Assembly: GCA_050290185.1 (NCBI GenBank) | Contig: JBNKHE010000008.1 | Coordinates: 32,001 to 96,000 of the forward strand | DNA length: 64,000 nucleotides | DNA from: Pontiella sp. | GTDB taxonomy: Bacteria; Verrucomicrobiota; Kiritimatiellia; Kiritimatiellales; Pontiellaceae | Direction of reading: 5' to 3' | Notes under the pieces: model-generated | Told to the model about the DNA's origin: nothing | Databases searched by the model: none | What the model saw: only the letters and a program-made list of their open reading frames with translations | Position numbers and translations under genes: made by a program | Shown here: positions 21,177 to 31,557 of the stretch, one piece after another | How positions within the stretch are numbered: the stretch's first letter is position 1 | Layout of the letters: the number at the start of each line of letters is the position of its first letter

Positions 21177-21965
21177 ATGGATTTCCTTTCCCAGTTTTCT
21201 CTACTCGACCTTTTCTGGGTCGGACTGAGTTTATTTCTGATTGGTATGGGGAAGGGCGGTTTTCCTGTTGGCTCCATTGCGTTGCCTGTGTTGATTCTGG
21301 TTTGGCCCGCTCAGACGTATGCGGCGCGGCAGGCCGTGGGTTTTATGCTGCCGATGCTGTGCCTGATGGATTTGGTTGCCCTCACTTTCTATTGGCGCCA
21401 CGTGCAATGGGGACGCCTGATCTATTTGATTCCGGCAACCTTGCTGGGGGTGGCGGTGGCGAGTTTCCTGTTTGTCTCGAACGAGGCGGCTGTAGCGGTA
21501 TCGGATCAGGCGCTCAAAATTCTCATTGGCGTACTCGGGATTCTGTTTGTGGGCTACTTTGCCACGAAGACATGGATTCTTCGGCACATCCATGCCGCGG
21601 AACCGAATTGGACCAAGGGCGGGGCGTTCGGCTTTGCGGCCGGAATGACCTCCACGCTGGCGCATGCGGCTGGTCCGGTAATGCAGATGTATCTGCTGCC
21701 TCAGCAACTCGAAAAGAAAAAGTTTGCCGCAACCAGTTGTGCGTTTTTCTGGATGCTCAACCTCGTCAAGCTGCTGCCGTTTTCGCTGATGGGTCGAATC
21801 GAACCGGACAACCTAAAACTTGGTGTGTTGTTGTTGCCCGTGATTCCTCTGGGTGTTGCATGCGGGTGGTGGCTGACGCACCGGACGGAGCAGAAGCATT
21901 ACACGCTGCTGATCTACACCGTGCTTCTGATTACATCTATCACCTTGATCTTCAAGGCGCTCTAA
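21177..21965 (+). CDS. TSUP (TauE/SafE) family transporter
   Basis: IGMGKGGF, MLPML..MD, AHAAGP, N..KL.PF; ~8 TM. Confidence 0.88.
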   Translation: MDFLSQFSLLDLFWVGLSLFLIGMGKGGFPVGSIALPVLILVWPAQTYAARQAVGFMLPMLCLMDLVALTFYWRHVQWGRLIYLIPATLLGVAVASFLFVSNEAAVAVSDQALKILIGVLGILFVGYFATKTWILRHIHAAEPNWTKGGAFGFAAGMTSTLAHAAGPVMQMYLLPQQLEKKKFAATSCAFFWMLNLVKLLPFSLMGRIEPDNLKLGVLLLPVIPLGVACGWWLTHRTEQKHYTLLIYTVLLITSITLIFKAL

Positions 21966-21969
21966 TGGC

Positions 21970-22920
21970 TTAGTCATCGCCATACATTTGATTGGCCTGC
22001 AGCAACTGCCCTTCGATTAGGGATTGTATGGCCAGTCCGCTTTCACGCCATGCCGCCAGCTGTTCCGGGGTCAGGATCGCCTGCATGCGTTGATCCATCA
22101 GTTCTCCGACCGCCTTCACATCGGCGATATGCTTGCGGATGTTTTCCTGCGAGTACCGCTCGGCGCTGAGATCCCTGTTTTCGTTATCGTTAAGGTCCGT
22201 GGACCAGTTGTATTTTTCCCGCTCTTCGTACATGATGTTGAGCACTTCACGATACGAGTCTTCCGGAAGGGCATTTTCGCCCAGCATCTGGTCCATCTGC
22301 GAAAGCATCATGCGTTCACCGATGGTGTCTTCATAATATTTGAATTCCTCGAAGTCCTTGGAATCATTCAGGAACTGTTCCATTTCAGCGCGCATGGCGT
22401 CGTTGACTTCATAAACATGTTCCTGAAGCGCCTGTTTTTCTTCTTCGGTGAGGGTGCCCGATGTCATTTTTATGTGCGCGTCCACATTCGCCATCTGGCG
22501 ATACATCAACAGGTCCATGAAATATTTAGTCTCATCGGCATTTAAACCCAGATACTCAATCATGTCGGCATACAGCGCTCCGATGGCTCCACGCTGACTG
22601 GCTTCGATCATCTTGTTGATGGTTGGGTTTTCCTCCATGGTCTTTGCCATATCGCGCATGATCCGGCTGGTTCCGTCCACGCTTCGATCCGGTTCCGGTT
22701 CAGGGGTTTCATCGATGGTTGCAGGTCCGTCCTCTCGGGCTGTCTGGTCCTGTCCAGCGGCCTGGTGGGCTTCGGTGGGCTGGTTCCCGGAATGCGATCC
22801 GGCTTCCATGTCCGCGATTTTCTTCGCCATTTGGGCTTTTTCCCGTTGCTGCAGCTGGAGAAAGACCGCGAGGGCCGCACAGACGATAACCAGAAGAATG
22901 ATGGGCATTTTCCGTTTCAT
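21970..22920 (-). CDS. Hypothetical membrane-anchored helical protein
   Basis: N-terminal hydrophobic anchor, long ORF, RBS GGAGGGA; no family recognised. Confidence 0.75.
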   Translation of the reverse strand: MKRKMPIILLVIVCAALAVFLQLQQREKAQMAKKIADMEAGSHSGNQPTEAHQAAGQDQTAREDGPATIDETPEPEPDRSVDGTSRIMRDMAKTMEENPTINKMIEASQRGAIGALYADMIEYLGLNADETKYFMDLLMYRQMANVDAHIKMTSGTLTEEEKQALQEHVYEVNDAMRAEMEQFLNDSKDFEEFKYYEDTIGERMMLSQMDQMLGENALPEDSYREVLNIMYEEREKYNWSTDLNDNENRDLSAERYSQENIRKHIADVKAVGELMDQRMQAILTPEQLAAWRESGLAIQSLIEGQLLQANQMYGDD

Positions 22921-23031
22921 GATTCCCTCCCTTGGTTCGGTTGTGTCACTTGTGTATCAACCCGTTGACAAAAAAGTAATTACAACATTTACTACCCGTT
23001 GTAAAGGTTGGTGGAAAAAAGAGCTATATTC

Positions 23032-24204
23032 ATGAAATGGGAGCGGACAGATCTGGGGCGGTTACCGGTAAAATCGTGGTGCGACCGGGTGGAACAAGGC
23101 GCATTGGATCAGGCGGCCAACCTAGCGAACCATCCTCGCGTGGTTGGTCACGTGGCGTTGATGCCGGACTGCCATGTGGGATACGGCATGCCGATCGGCG
23201 GGGTGGTTGCATGCGATAACGCCATTATTCCAAACGCGGTCGGTGTGGATATCGGTTGCGGCATGTGCGCGGTTCAGACCAGCGTCGAGGTTGACGCGAT
23301 TTCCCGCAGTCAGATTCGAAAATGCATGGATGCAGTCCAGGAACGCATTCCGCTGGGCGAGGGCCATTGCCATCGCAGACCGCAGCAATGGGATCGGTTT
23401 AACGAATTACCGTCGTGGCTGGATGAACATGCCCGCGAACTGGCGTTCAGGAATCTCGGATCGCTTGGCGGCGGAAACCATTTTGTTGAATTGCAGGCCG
23501 GCGATGATGGAATGGTTTGGTTGATGCTCCACTCCGGCTCGCGGAACCTCGGCTACCGGATTGCCGAGCGTCATCATGGTATTGCATTGAAGCGCCATTC
23601 CGAGCTGGGCGACCTCGCGTATCTCGAGGTGGGCAGTAGTGAAGGGCAGGCCTATCTCCATGACATGAATGTTGCCTTGGCCTACGCGCAGGAAAACCGT
23701 GCACGCATGATGCAAGTGTTCAGGGAAGCACTATTCGTCACGTTTGGCGATGTACGGTTCACTAAGGAGATCAATATCCACCACAACTATGCCGCCAAGG
23801 AAGCGCATTTCGGGAGAACCGTGTGGGTGCATCGCAAGGGGGCGACATCGGCCAAGGAGGGGGAAGAGGGGATTATTCCCGGCAGCATGGGAACGCATTC
23901 GTACATCGTGCGAGGTTGCGGGAATCCGGAATCGTTTCAGTCCTGCGCACATGGCGCCGGCAGGAAGTTGGGGCGCATGGCGGCTTCGCGCACGTTGTTG
24001 CGGGAGGATTGCGACAAGGCGATGACGGGCATCGTTTTTTCCGGCTGGCATGCGTTTCGGGGCGGTGGACGGAAGATGAAGGGATTGCTTGATCTCAGTG
24101 AAGCACCGCAGGCCTACAAGGATATTGATGAGGTTGTTGGGGCTTCTTCGGATCTGGCTGTGCCGCTGGTTCGATTGCGTCCTTTAGGTGTGGTGAAGGG
24201 GTAA
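23032..24204 (+). CDS. rtcB: RtcB family RNA ligase
   Basis: MPDCH.GYG.PIGG, GVDIGCG, GGGNHF.E, HSGSR, HNYA, HRKGAT, PGSMG, HGAGR, AYKDI. Confidence 0.95.
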   Translation: MKWERTDLGRLPVKSWCDRVEQGALDQAANLANHPRVVGHVALMPDCHVGYGMPIGGVVACDNAIIPNAVGVDIGCGMCAVQTSVEVDAISRSQIRKCMDAVQERIPLGEGHCHRRPQQWDRFNELPSWLDEHARELAFRNLGSLGGGNHFVELQAGDDGMVWLMLHSGSRNLGYRIAERHHGIALKRHSELGDLAYLEVGSSEGQAYLHDMNVALAYAQENRARMMQVFREALFVTFGDVRFTKEINIHHNYAAKEAHFGRTVWVHRKGATSAKEGEEGIIPGSMGTHSYIVRGCGNPESFQSCAHGAGRKLGRMAASRTLLREDCDKAMTGIVFSGWHAFRGGGRKMKGLLDLSEAPQAYKDIDEVVGASSDLAVPLVRLRPLGVVKG

Positions 24205-24279
24205 TTGATTCCATGTTTTTCGTGTAATTTTTCTTTCCTCCCGTTTAGACTCCGCTTTTTGATTCAACGGAACGATGGC

Positions 24280-24900
24280 ATGATTGGAATTATTGACTAT
24301 GGAATGGGGAATCTTGGAAGCGTTTCCAACGCCTTCCGGTTTCTTGGACTTGATGCAAAGATTGTTTCACGAAAAAGTGAAATGGAGGATTGTCGTGCGG
24401 TACTGCTTCCGGGCGTCGGCGCATTTGGCGATTGCATGAGTCATCTGGTCGAGCACGATTTTGTCGAGGCGATCGGCACCTGGGTTCAGGCGGGCAAGCC
24501 TATGATGGGTATTTGTCTTGGACTGCAGGTCCTGTTCGACTCCAGCGAAGAGACGCCCGGCGTTCCGGGGCTTGGAATCTTTCCGGGAAGCGTGAAGCGC
24601 TTTGATCTTCCTAGGGAACTTAAGGTGCCCCAGATCGGCTGGAACCGGATCAATGAGGTTCAACCCGGGTGTCCTATGTTCGATGGAATCGACGATGGCT
24701 CGTTCTTCTATCTGGTGCACTCCTATTATGTTAGTCCTGAAAACGAGGCGGTCATTGCCGGCAGGACGGAATACGGGATCGATTACTGTTCGTGTGTCTG
24801 GAAGGACAATGTGTTTGCCACCCAGTTCCACCCGGAGAAGTCACAGGAAGCGGGGCTTCGCATGCTGCGGAATTTCCAGACCTGGGCCGCGGCGATGTAG
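24280..24900 (+). CDS. hisH: Imidazole glycerol phosphate synthase glutaminase subunit
   Basis: IDYGMGNL.SV, PGVGAF, GICLG, P.IGWN, HSYY, QFHPEKS. Confidence 0.96.
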   Translation: MIGIIDYGMGNLGSVSNAFRFLGLDAKIVSRKSEMEDCRAVLLPGVGAFGDCMSHLVEHDFVEAIGTWVQAGKPMMGICLGLQVLFDSSEETPGVPGLGIFPGSVKRFDLPRELKVPQIGWNRINEVQPGCPMFDGIDDGSFFYLVHSYYVSPENEAVIAGRTEYGIDYCSCVWKDNVFATQFHPEKSQEAGLRMLRNFQTWAAAM

Positions 24901-24985
24901 GGTCGGCCAGCTGAGAAAGGCCTTGTTTTGGATATGTCCCGATCAGAAATGATGATAGGTTTTTCCCGTTTTCGGAATAGGATTT

Positions 24986-26434
24986 ATGAGTCTGAAAAAT
25001 AGAATATTGCTGATTATATTTGTCGCTTCGATCGCATCATCGGTCGTTACTGGTTGCTTTTTAGTCTACCTGCTCAAGCTTTCCGGGCAAATGGCGATCA
25101 GCTCCGAAGGGCACTCCATCGCGCTTGTTTTTGCGATTGCCGTTTATCTGCTTAGTGGTCTTTTCATTCTGATCCTGCTGAATGTGTTGCTCAGTAAAAA
25201 TGTAGTTATTCCTGCGGTGGAGCGTAAGCTCATAGACAATGAAAGGGAGATGCTGACCCGGCAGCTACACCATTCTCAGAAGATGGAAGCGGTCGGGAAG
25301 CTGGCGGGCAGTATTGCGCACGATTTTAACAACCTGCTTACGATTATCGATGGCTACTCAAGTATGATCATTGCCAGTCCTGACTCGCCTGATGTCCAGC
25401 AGAATGCCGAGGAAGTCGTTGAGGCGGCCCGAAAAGCTTCATTTATTACGCGCAAACTGCTCAGCTTTAGTCAAAAGGAAAAAGCCGAGCCGGTGTTGCT
25501 CGATCTTAATACAACGCTACAGGATACGCATAAGATGTTAACCCGGCTGATCGGGGAAAAAATCGCGTTGGTCACCAAGGCCTATGATGAACCGGTCTAT
25601 GCGAAGGCGGATCCGGTTCAGATCGGACAGGTGCTGATGAATCTTGCGGTGAATGCGCGGGACGCTATGCCGAATGGGGGACGTATCACCATCAAGATCG
25701 ATTGCCTGGAGGTCGGTGACGGGGAGTGCGGTAAGCCTTCCAGTCTGTCGGCTGGTCGCTATGCGGAGATATCTGTACACGATACAGGGGTCGGCATGGA
25801 TGAAGAACTTCTGGATCGGGTTTTTGAAGCATTCTTTACCACCAAGCAGGAAGGCAAAGGGTCGGGGCTGGGATTGTCGATTGTCAAAGGCATCATGAAG
25901 GGCAATAAAGGATTTGTTGATGTTCACAGCAAGCTAGGAAATGGAACCACGTTCCTGCTCTATCTGCCGGTTGTAGAACTTGAGGTTGCCGCGGATATGC
26001 TTGAAGAGGAAGCGGCGGCAGCCGTGGTGGATAAAGCGACTGTCGATGCGGATACTCCGGTTGAGCAAGAGACAAAAACCATTCTCCTGGCGGAGGATGA
26101 TCCCATGATTCGGAATCTCGTACAGCAAACGCTGGAGGCAAAGGGGTATACGGTGTTGATTGCCGAAGATGGCTGGGAGGGAATCAAGATTGCACGTAAC
26201 CACAAGGGGCGGATCGACCTGCTCTTTACCGATGTTGTCATGCCGGGAATGGGCGGTGCCGAGCTTGCCGTGGCGATGAATGAACTTTATATCGGCATCA
26301 AGGTGTTGTTCATGTCTGGCTATTCGCGCTCGCAACTCATTGATGAGGGCGTTGCTGAAGATGCGGCATTGATCGAGAAGCCCTTCTCGCCAGATAAAGT
26401 GGTGAGCATGGTCCGAAAACTACTGGCCAGCTAA
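24986..26434 (+). CDS. Hybrid sensor histidine kinase/receiver (CckA-like)
   Basis: 2 TM, SQKMEAVGKLAGSIAHDFNNLL, NARDAM, GSGLGLS, C-terminal REC (EDD, TDVVMP, KPF). Confidence 0.92.
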   Translation: MSLKNRILLIIFVASIASSVVTGCFLVYLLKLSGQMAISSEGHSIALVFAIAVYLLSGLFILILLNVLLSKNVVIPAVERKLIDNEREMLTRQLHHSQKMEAVGKLAGSIAHDFNNLLTIIDGYSSMIIASPDSPDVQQNAEEVVEAARKASFITRKLLSFSQKEKAEPVLLDLNTTLQDTHKMLTRLIGEKIALVTKAYDEPVYAKADPVQIGQVLMNLAVNARDAMPNGGRITIKIDCLEVGDGECGKPSSLSAGRYAEISVHDTGVGMDEELLDRVFEAFFTTKQEGKGSGLGLSIVKGIMKGNKGFVDVHSKLGNGTTFLLYLPVVELEVAADMLEEEAAAAVVDKATVDADTPVEQETKTILLAEDDPMIRNLVQQTLEAKGYTVLIAEDGWEGIKIARNHKGRIDLLFTDVVMPGMGGAELAVAMNELYIGIKVLFMSGYSRSQLIDEGVAEDAALIEKPFSPDKVVSMVRKLLAS

Positions 26435-26941
26435 TGTTGGGATGGTTCTGTCGGCCTGTTTACCGGATGCCGGTACGACCATAACGTTGCATGGGGCATG
26501 GCGCATAACTGATTCGGATACGCTTCCGAGCAGGGCTTTATGAAGCATACCGTGTCCATGGGAGCCGAGGATTATGATATCGGCTTTCAGGTCGGTGGCC
26601 TTTTTGATAATAAGTTTGGCTGCATTTCCCTTTAGCAGGATGGCCCGCGCATCGATCCCTTCATTACGCAGGCCGGAAGAAATCGACAAGAGCTCGTCGT
26701 GTTCGCGTTTGAGCTCCTCTGCGCTAAGATCGCGGGCGACTTGAACATCTCCAGGTGTACTGATGAAGTCGGGCGAATAGTCTGCATATTGCGTAGTTTC
26801 GTAGATGACGGCATTAGTCTCGTCGGAGGCAATATGCACGATCCAAAGCTTCGCATTGAGAGTTTTTGCCAGCGAGGATGCCTGTTGCAATACGACGCCA
26901 GTGGTTTTGGAGAAGTCGATAGCGACTAAAAGCGTTTTCAT
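26420..26941 (-). CDS. Universal stress protein
   Basis: LVAIDFS, DIIILGSHG...LLGSVSESVMRHAPCNVMVVP. Confidence 0.92.
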   Translation of the reverse strand: MKTLLVAIDFSKTTGVVLQQASSLAKTLNAKLWIVHIASDETNAVIYETTQYADYSPDFISTPGDVQVARDLSAEELKREHDELLSISSGLRNEGIDARAILLKGNAAKLIIKKATDLKADIIILGSHGHGMLHKALLGSVSESVMRHAPCNVMVVPASGKQADRTIPTLAGQ

Positions 26942-27064
26942 TCTACCTCCTTTTCTCTTCCGGTATTCTAATACCTTATCCCTACATGGCAAGCTGGGCT
27001 TTTCCTGTTTCGGAAAGGATCGGAGGTTTAAAAATTGTTTTGAGAGAAGGGGATGCTATTTTTG

Positions 27065-29047
27065 CTAGGAATCAAGAGCGGGAAGCGTAATGAAGACCGT
27101 GGTGCCGCCTTCACTTGTTTCAATGTCCAGTTGGCCGTTATGGTCAATTACAGCCCGTTTGGCGATCGGCAGGCCGAGTCCAAGACCCCGGGCTTTGATG
27201 GTGCTGAACGGCGAGAAGACTTTGTCGCGCAACGAGGGGGAAACGCCGCTTCCGTTGTCGGTGATCATGATATATACGGCACTGCCATTTTGCGAGGAAC
27301 GCCCCTTGACGGTTACATTGATCCGTGAGCCGGGTTTGTTTGAAAGGTTCTCCGCTGCATTTCTCAAGAGATGATAAATGCATTCCTCCAGCGAAGCCGC
27401 GTCACCGTTGACCTGCCGTCCCGTATCATCTGATGAAAGGTGAATCTTGAGGTTTTCGTGATCAAACTCGGATTGAATGCGTGTGACGGCAAATTCGATG
27501 GGTTTATGGACATCCAACGGTTGGAAGATCGGTTTTGGTGGATTGGCAAATTCATTGATCTTTTCGATGATGTGATTAAGTTTATCCACTTCGGCTGTAA
27601 CCTGTTCGCTAAAGTCTGCCCGGAAATCAGGATCTTCATACCGGTCGGGCAGAAGTTGCGAAAAGGTCTTGATGGCAACCAGTGGATTGCGGATTTCGTG
27701 ACTCATGCTTGAGGCCAACTCGTTCCAGAATGCTGCTCGTTCAAGTTGCTCTGCTTTTTCCTGAAGGAGTTTGGCGCCGGTTACATCGTGAAGCATCATC
27801 ATGGCCCCGACGCAGGTGCCGTTATCCATCAACCTGCGGGTTTCCGCTGAAAGGGTCCGTTTCGTCCGCACATCGGTCCACTCGTTGGCGTCGCGAATTT
27901 CCCGGTCCTCGATTGTTCTGCGCAACATATCTGCTATGCGGCTTCCAACTTCTTCTGCCTTGCCGCCGATCACGTCCTCGGTTTCAGGGCTCAGGATGGT
28001 TCGTGCAGTGCTATTGAACCAGCGTATTATGGCATTTTCATCGCAGGCAATAATGCCAAAAGGAATGGAATGGAGAAGGGTTTCCGCCAGGGCTTTCTGC
28101 AGGGCGGTTTCTTCGTACTTGAGTGCTTTTTCGAGGGTGGTGGAGATATGGTCGGCCAGCGCCGTCATGTCTTCGAGATCGGCCACGTCGAAAGGGATTC
28201 CGGTAGAGCGCTGGCCAACAAAAATCCACCCCTTAATGGTGCCCGTTGCGTATAGGGGAATAATGATCTCGGCACCTAGCGAGTCGAGCATCCGTTTGAG
28301 CATGGAGCGCTCTTCGGGATCCAAAATGTTTTTCAGCGTGGATCGAGAAACTAGATGGGTATTCATCTCCATCCAGCGGATAAAGGGATCGTTTGAATGA
28401 ATCCGCAGTTTTTCCGTTGCAGCAAGGCAGCGGGTGCCTGCCTGGTATATGTAGCATTCATCGGCTTCCGTGCATATGAATATGCCGGCGCGGGAGACGC
28501 GTGCTGTGGCTACAAGTCCATCGACCACACTGTCAAACAGCATCTCCAGATTGTCGACGTTGCGCTGCGCCTTTAAGAAGTTTTGGAGGGGGGCCGCAAA
28601 CAGGGTGCGGGATTCCTGTTTGGGTTCAGAGAGTCGAGCGTTCAGCGTTGCCAGTTCTTGCGCCAGCACACTGTTTTTATTGCGTAGGGCAAGGCATTCG
28701 ACCGCTTGTTTTAGCACAACGCGAAACTCACGGCTTCCTGGCTCCAGTGAGAGTGTGCAGAATGGATCCATCATTTCAGCCGCAAGCATGGGATCCGACC
28801 GGTCGACGCCCATGGGTATAATGATGGTTAGCGGCCTTTCATGTTTAAGTCCTGATATGACATCAAGACAATGGGGCGCGCGTAGGTCTGCCAAAAGAAC
28901 CGTGTCGCCAAATTGCATGAACCGTTGCTCAAGTTCTTCTTGAGTGGATATGGGCTCTATGAAGGCTACATTTGATCCAAGACGGGGGAGCTTGTTTACA
29001 AGTTCGGTATCCCTGCTATATAGAATGCATGAAGGCAGTGAGGTCAT
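27065..29047 (-). CDS. Cytoplasmic histidine kinase (degenerate REC-GAF-PAS-HisKA-HATPase)
   Basis: SHEIRNPL H-box, NA.E N-box, DNGSG, GLGLGL; GAF (IIPLYATGTIKGWIFVG); N-terminal LLADLRAP receiver-like segment. Confidence 0.88.
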   Translation of the reverse strand: MTSLPSCILYSRDTELVNKLPRLGSNVAFIEPISTQEELEQRFMQFGDTVLLADLRAPHCLDVISGLKHERPLTIIIPMGVDRSDPMLAAEMMDPFCTLSLEPGSREFRVVLKQAVECLALRNKNSVLAQELATLNARLSEPKQESRTLFAAPLQNFLKAQRNVDNLEMLFDSVVDGLVATARVSRAGIFICTEADECYIYQAGTRCLAATEKLRIHSNDPFIRWMEMNTHLVSRSTLKNILDPEERSMLKRMLDSLGAEIIIPLYATGTIKGWIFVGQRSTGIPFDVADLEDMTALADHISTTLEKALKYEETALQKALAETLLHSIPFGIIACDENAIIRWFNSTARTILSPETEDVIGGKAEEVGSRIADMLRRTIEDREIRDANEWTDVRTKRTLSAETRRLMDNGTCVGAMMMLHDVTGAKLLQEKAEQLERAAFWNELASSMSHEIRNPLVAIKTFSQLLPDRYEDPDFRADFSEQVTAEVDKLNHIIEKINEFANPPKPIFQPLDVHKPIEFAVTRIQSEFDHENLKIHLSSDDTGRQVNGDAASLEECIYHLLRNAAENLSNKPGSRINVTVKGRSSQNGSAVYIMITDNGSGVSPSLRDKVFSPFSTIKARGLGLGLPIAKRAVIDHNGQLDIETSEGGTTVFITLPALDS

Positions 29048-31557
29048 GAGGCCTCCTGCTGGATAACCGGAAGGTATACATAGAAGGTAGAGCCGGCTCC
29101 CGTTTCACTCTCCACTTCGATAACGCCTCCATGATCCTGAATGATACCATGCGCGACCGATAGACCCATGCCGGTTCCTTCGCTCTTGCTGGTGAAGAAC
29201 GGATCAAAAATCTTTTGGAGGCTTTCTCGTGGGATTCCGTGTCCGGTATCGCTGATTTGGACACGAATGCACGCTAGATTGACCCCATGGTTTGGATGCT
29301 CTCCAGTGGCAAACTGATATTTACAGTTAGAGGATCCCACTGTAATCGTGCCATCATTGCCGATGGCTTCTATGGCGTTTAGCATGAGGTTGATCAGGGC
29401 CTGGGACAAAAGCTTCGCGTCGCCTTGGATTTCGTCTACATCCGCATGGCATCTGTTGTTCATGCCGATGTTCTTTTGAATCATTTGCTCATGGGTGAGT
29501 TTGAGAATCTGGTCAATCGTATCGTGGAGTTTCATCGGCACAAGATGAGGTTTTGTAGGTTTGGAGAAGCTGAGCAACTCATTAACGATCCCGTCAATCC
29601 GTGACACTTCGTGCGCCACCAACTCAGAAAACTCCAGCCTGAAGTCCTCATCCGAATATCGGCTCGGCAACAACTGTGTAAAGGTTTTAATGGTCACCAG
29701 TGGATTCTTGATTTCGTGGGCCATGCCGGCGGCAAGCGTACCTACGCTGGAAAGCTGATCCGTACGCCGAACCTGCTCCTCCAGGCTTTTAAGTTCAGTC
29801 AGGTCTGTAAACACCAAGAGAGCCCCCATAGGCTTCTGATCATGACTCAGAAGAAAGGTTGTGCCCATTCTAATGCTCAGGCTTTTTTTCGCTTCATCCA
29901 GTTCGAACAGTCTGGCATCGACATTTCGCTGACCTTTCTCGCGTTTGAGCGCGTCTTCCAGCGAACGGGCAATCGCTTTTGGCAGCACATCGATATCCAT
30001 ACCGATGGCATCCTTATCCTGAATGCCGGTAATACGTTGTGCTTCATGATTGAACAAAGTTATTTTCCGCTCTGTATTAGCTAGAATCACACCGCTTACT
30101 AGTTGATCGAGCATGATCTCATTGCGTATCTTGCTGTCTTGGACTTCGGTATAAAGCTGGGCGTTTTCCAGTGCCACGGAGAATTGATTGCACAATAGCT
30201 GGAGGGCATCTTGCTCGGCGCTGTCATAGATACGACCATCAGTCTTTGGGCCGAGAAGCACTACGCCCGTTAATCCTTCTTTTGCGAATATCCCCGTGGC
30301 AACCTGAACATCATATTTGGTTAATGTATCTATGGCTTCCTGTATCTTAGCTGTAGGGCGTGTTCTTAGGAGACTATCTTTTGATATTGGTTCTTTTGAC
30401 TTCTTAATCATTTCTATAACCGCATTACTGGGCTCGAATGTAATGGTATTTTCACATTGCTCGGTGCAGTAACGCAAAGAATACCCGAGGTCTGAATACG
30501 CAAGCATTCCTATGCGTTCCGTCCCGAGTGCTGTGACAAGCAGTCTTAGAAAATGATCCAGAATTGCATCAATGGTGGTGACAGATTGAAACATTTTGCT
30601 TGCCGCTCTCATGGTTGACGATACATCCATGGACTTTGAGGCAATCAGTTTTTCGGCTACTTTCTGCAGTCGCCCATGCGCGGGTGTCATTGAAAATGCA
30701 ACCACTAGCGTTGCAATGATTTGAGCTGGGAGGTGCGAGTAAATCATGAATTGGCTGAGCAATAAGGACCCTAGGCTCCATGTAATTAAATAAACAATCA
30801 CAAGGTATACAATAAGTAGTGCGTAGGCAATTGCCCTACGAATAATGGTTAGGATGCCCAGTATTTTATGGATGGCTATCCCATACCCGACGGTTGCGAC
30901 AAGCGCTACAATGCTTAGCGCATTGGTAAATGGAACGTACTGTGATGTTCCGGCAATTAGGGGGATGAAAAGTCCGAGGACTGATCCTATCAAGAGCGCT
31001 ATTGTTGCGCCCAATACTACAAATGAAAGCTCTGCTCGCTGGACCCCGTCCAAGGTCTTCATGTCGCGTTTGAAGGCGACAATGAGACTTATGCCGGACA
31101 GCAAAAAATAAAAGGCATATATGGAAAGTCCCGCTCCATATTTGGGCTCTGCTAATGCCATGTCGGATGAGACGTTATCAGGCATAACCGTTGTTTTTAA
31201 GAAAAACTCTGTAAAACACAATGCGGTTGTGAGTATGTTTATAATTAAATATCGGATTCCTATCCTGAGAATGGACGTAAAAGAGCACTGGGGACATTTA
31301 ATGGAAAGCCGCAGGAGGTGACAGGAGGTCGGTATAATTGCTGCGAAGACGGAAGCCCATCGTATTGCCAGTGTTGCGGCTTCGGCGGTAGCCGCCTGGA
31401 TTATGAACCATCCGGATAGTTGCCACAACGTCACGCATCCGGCAAAGACTAAGAAATACTGGTTGACTACTCGGCGCGTATTGGTGAAATAGACGACTAT
31501 GCCGAGTATACTGGCGAACAAAAGCGTTCCAAGTATGGCGATCTCAACAATCAACAT
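29044..31557 (-). CDS. Membrane sensor histidine kinase (7TM-type input, GAF, PAS, HisKA, HATPase)
   Basis: ~9 hydrophobic helices in the first ~290 aa; [40 protein letters not shown]. Confidence 0.9.
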   Translation of the reverse strand: MLIVEIAILGTLLFASILGIVVYFTNTRRVVNQYFLVFAGCVTLWQLSGWFIIQAATAEAATLAIRWASVFAAIIPTSCHLLRLSIKCPQCSFTSILRIGIRYLIINILTTALCFTEFFLKTTVMPDNVSSDMALAEPKYGAGLSIYAFYFLLSGISLIVAFKRDMKTLDGVQRAELSFVVLGATIALLIGSVLGLFIPLIAGTSQYVPFTNALSIVALVATVGYGIAIHKILGILTIIRRAIAYALLIVYLVIVYLITWSLGSLLLSQFMIYSHLPAQIIATLVVAFSMTPAHGRLQKVAEKLIASKSMDVSSTMRAASKMFQSVTTIDAILDHFLRLLVTALGTERIGMLAYSDLGYSLRYCTEQCENTITFEPSNAVIEMIKKSKEPISKDSLLRTRPTAKIQEAIDTLTKYDVQVATGIFAKEGLTGVVLLGPKTDGRIYDSAEQDALQLLCNQFSVALENAQLYTEVQDSKIRNEIMLDQLVSGVILANTERKITLFNHEAQRITGIQDKDAIGMDIDVLPKAIARSLEDALKREKGQRNVDARLFELDEAKKSLSIRMGTTFLLSHDQKPMGALLVFTDLTELKSLEEQVRRTDQLSSVGTLAAGMAHEIKNPLVTIKTFTQLLPSRYSDEDFRLEFSELVAHEVSRIDGIVNELLSFSKPTKPHLVPMKLHDTIDQILKLTHEQMIQKNIGMNNRCHADVDEIQGDAKLLSQALINLMLNAIEAIGNDGTITVGSSNCKYQFATGEHPNHGVNLACIRVQISDTGHGIPRESLQKIFDPFFTSKSEGTGMGLSVAHGIIQDHGGVIEVESETGAGSTFYVYLPVIQQEAS

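Noticed and set aside
24986..26941. CckA-like kinase and USP as members of the KS signalling system
   Set aside because: The kinase is convergent, and the USP is separated by a 123-bp gap with a likely own promoter; no direct evidence of linkage
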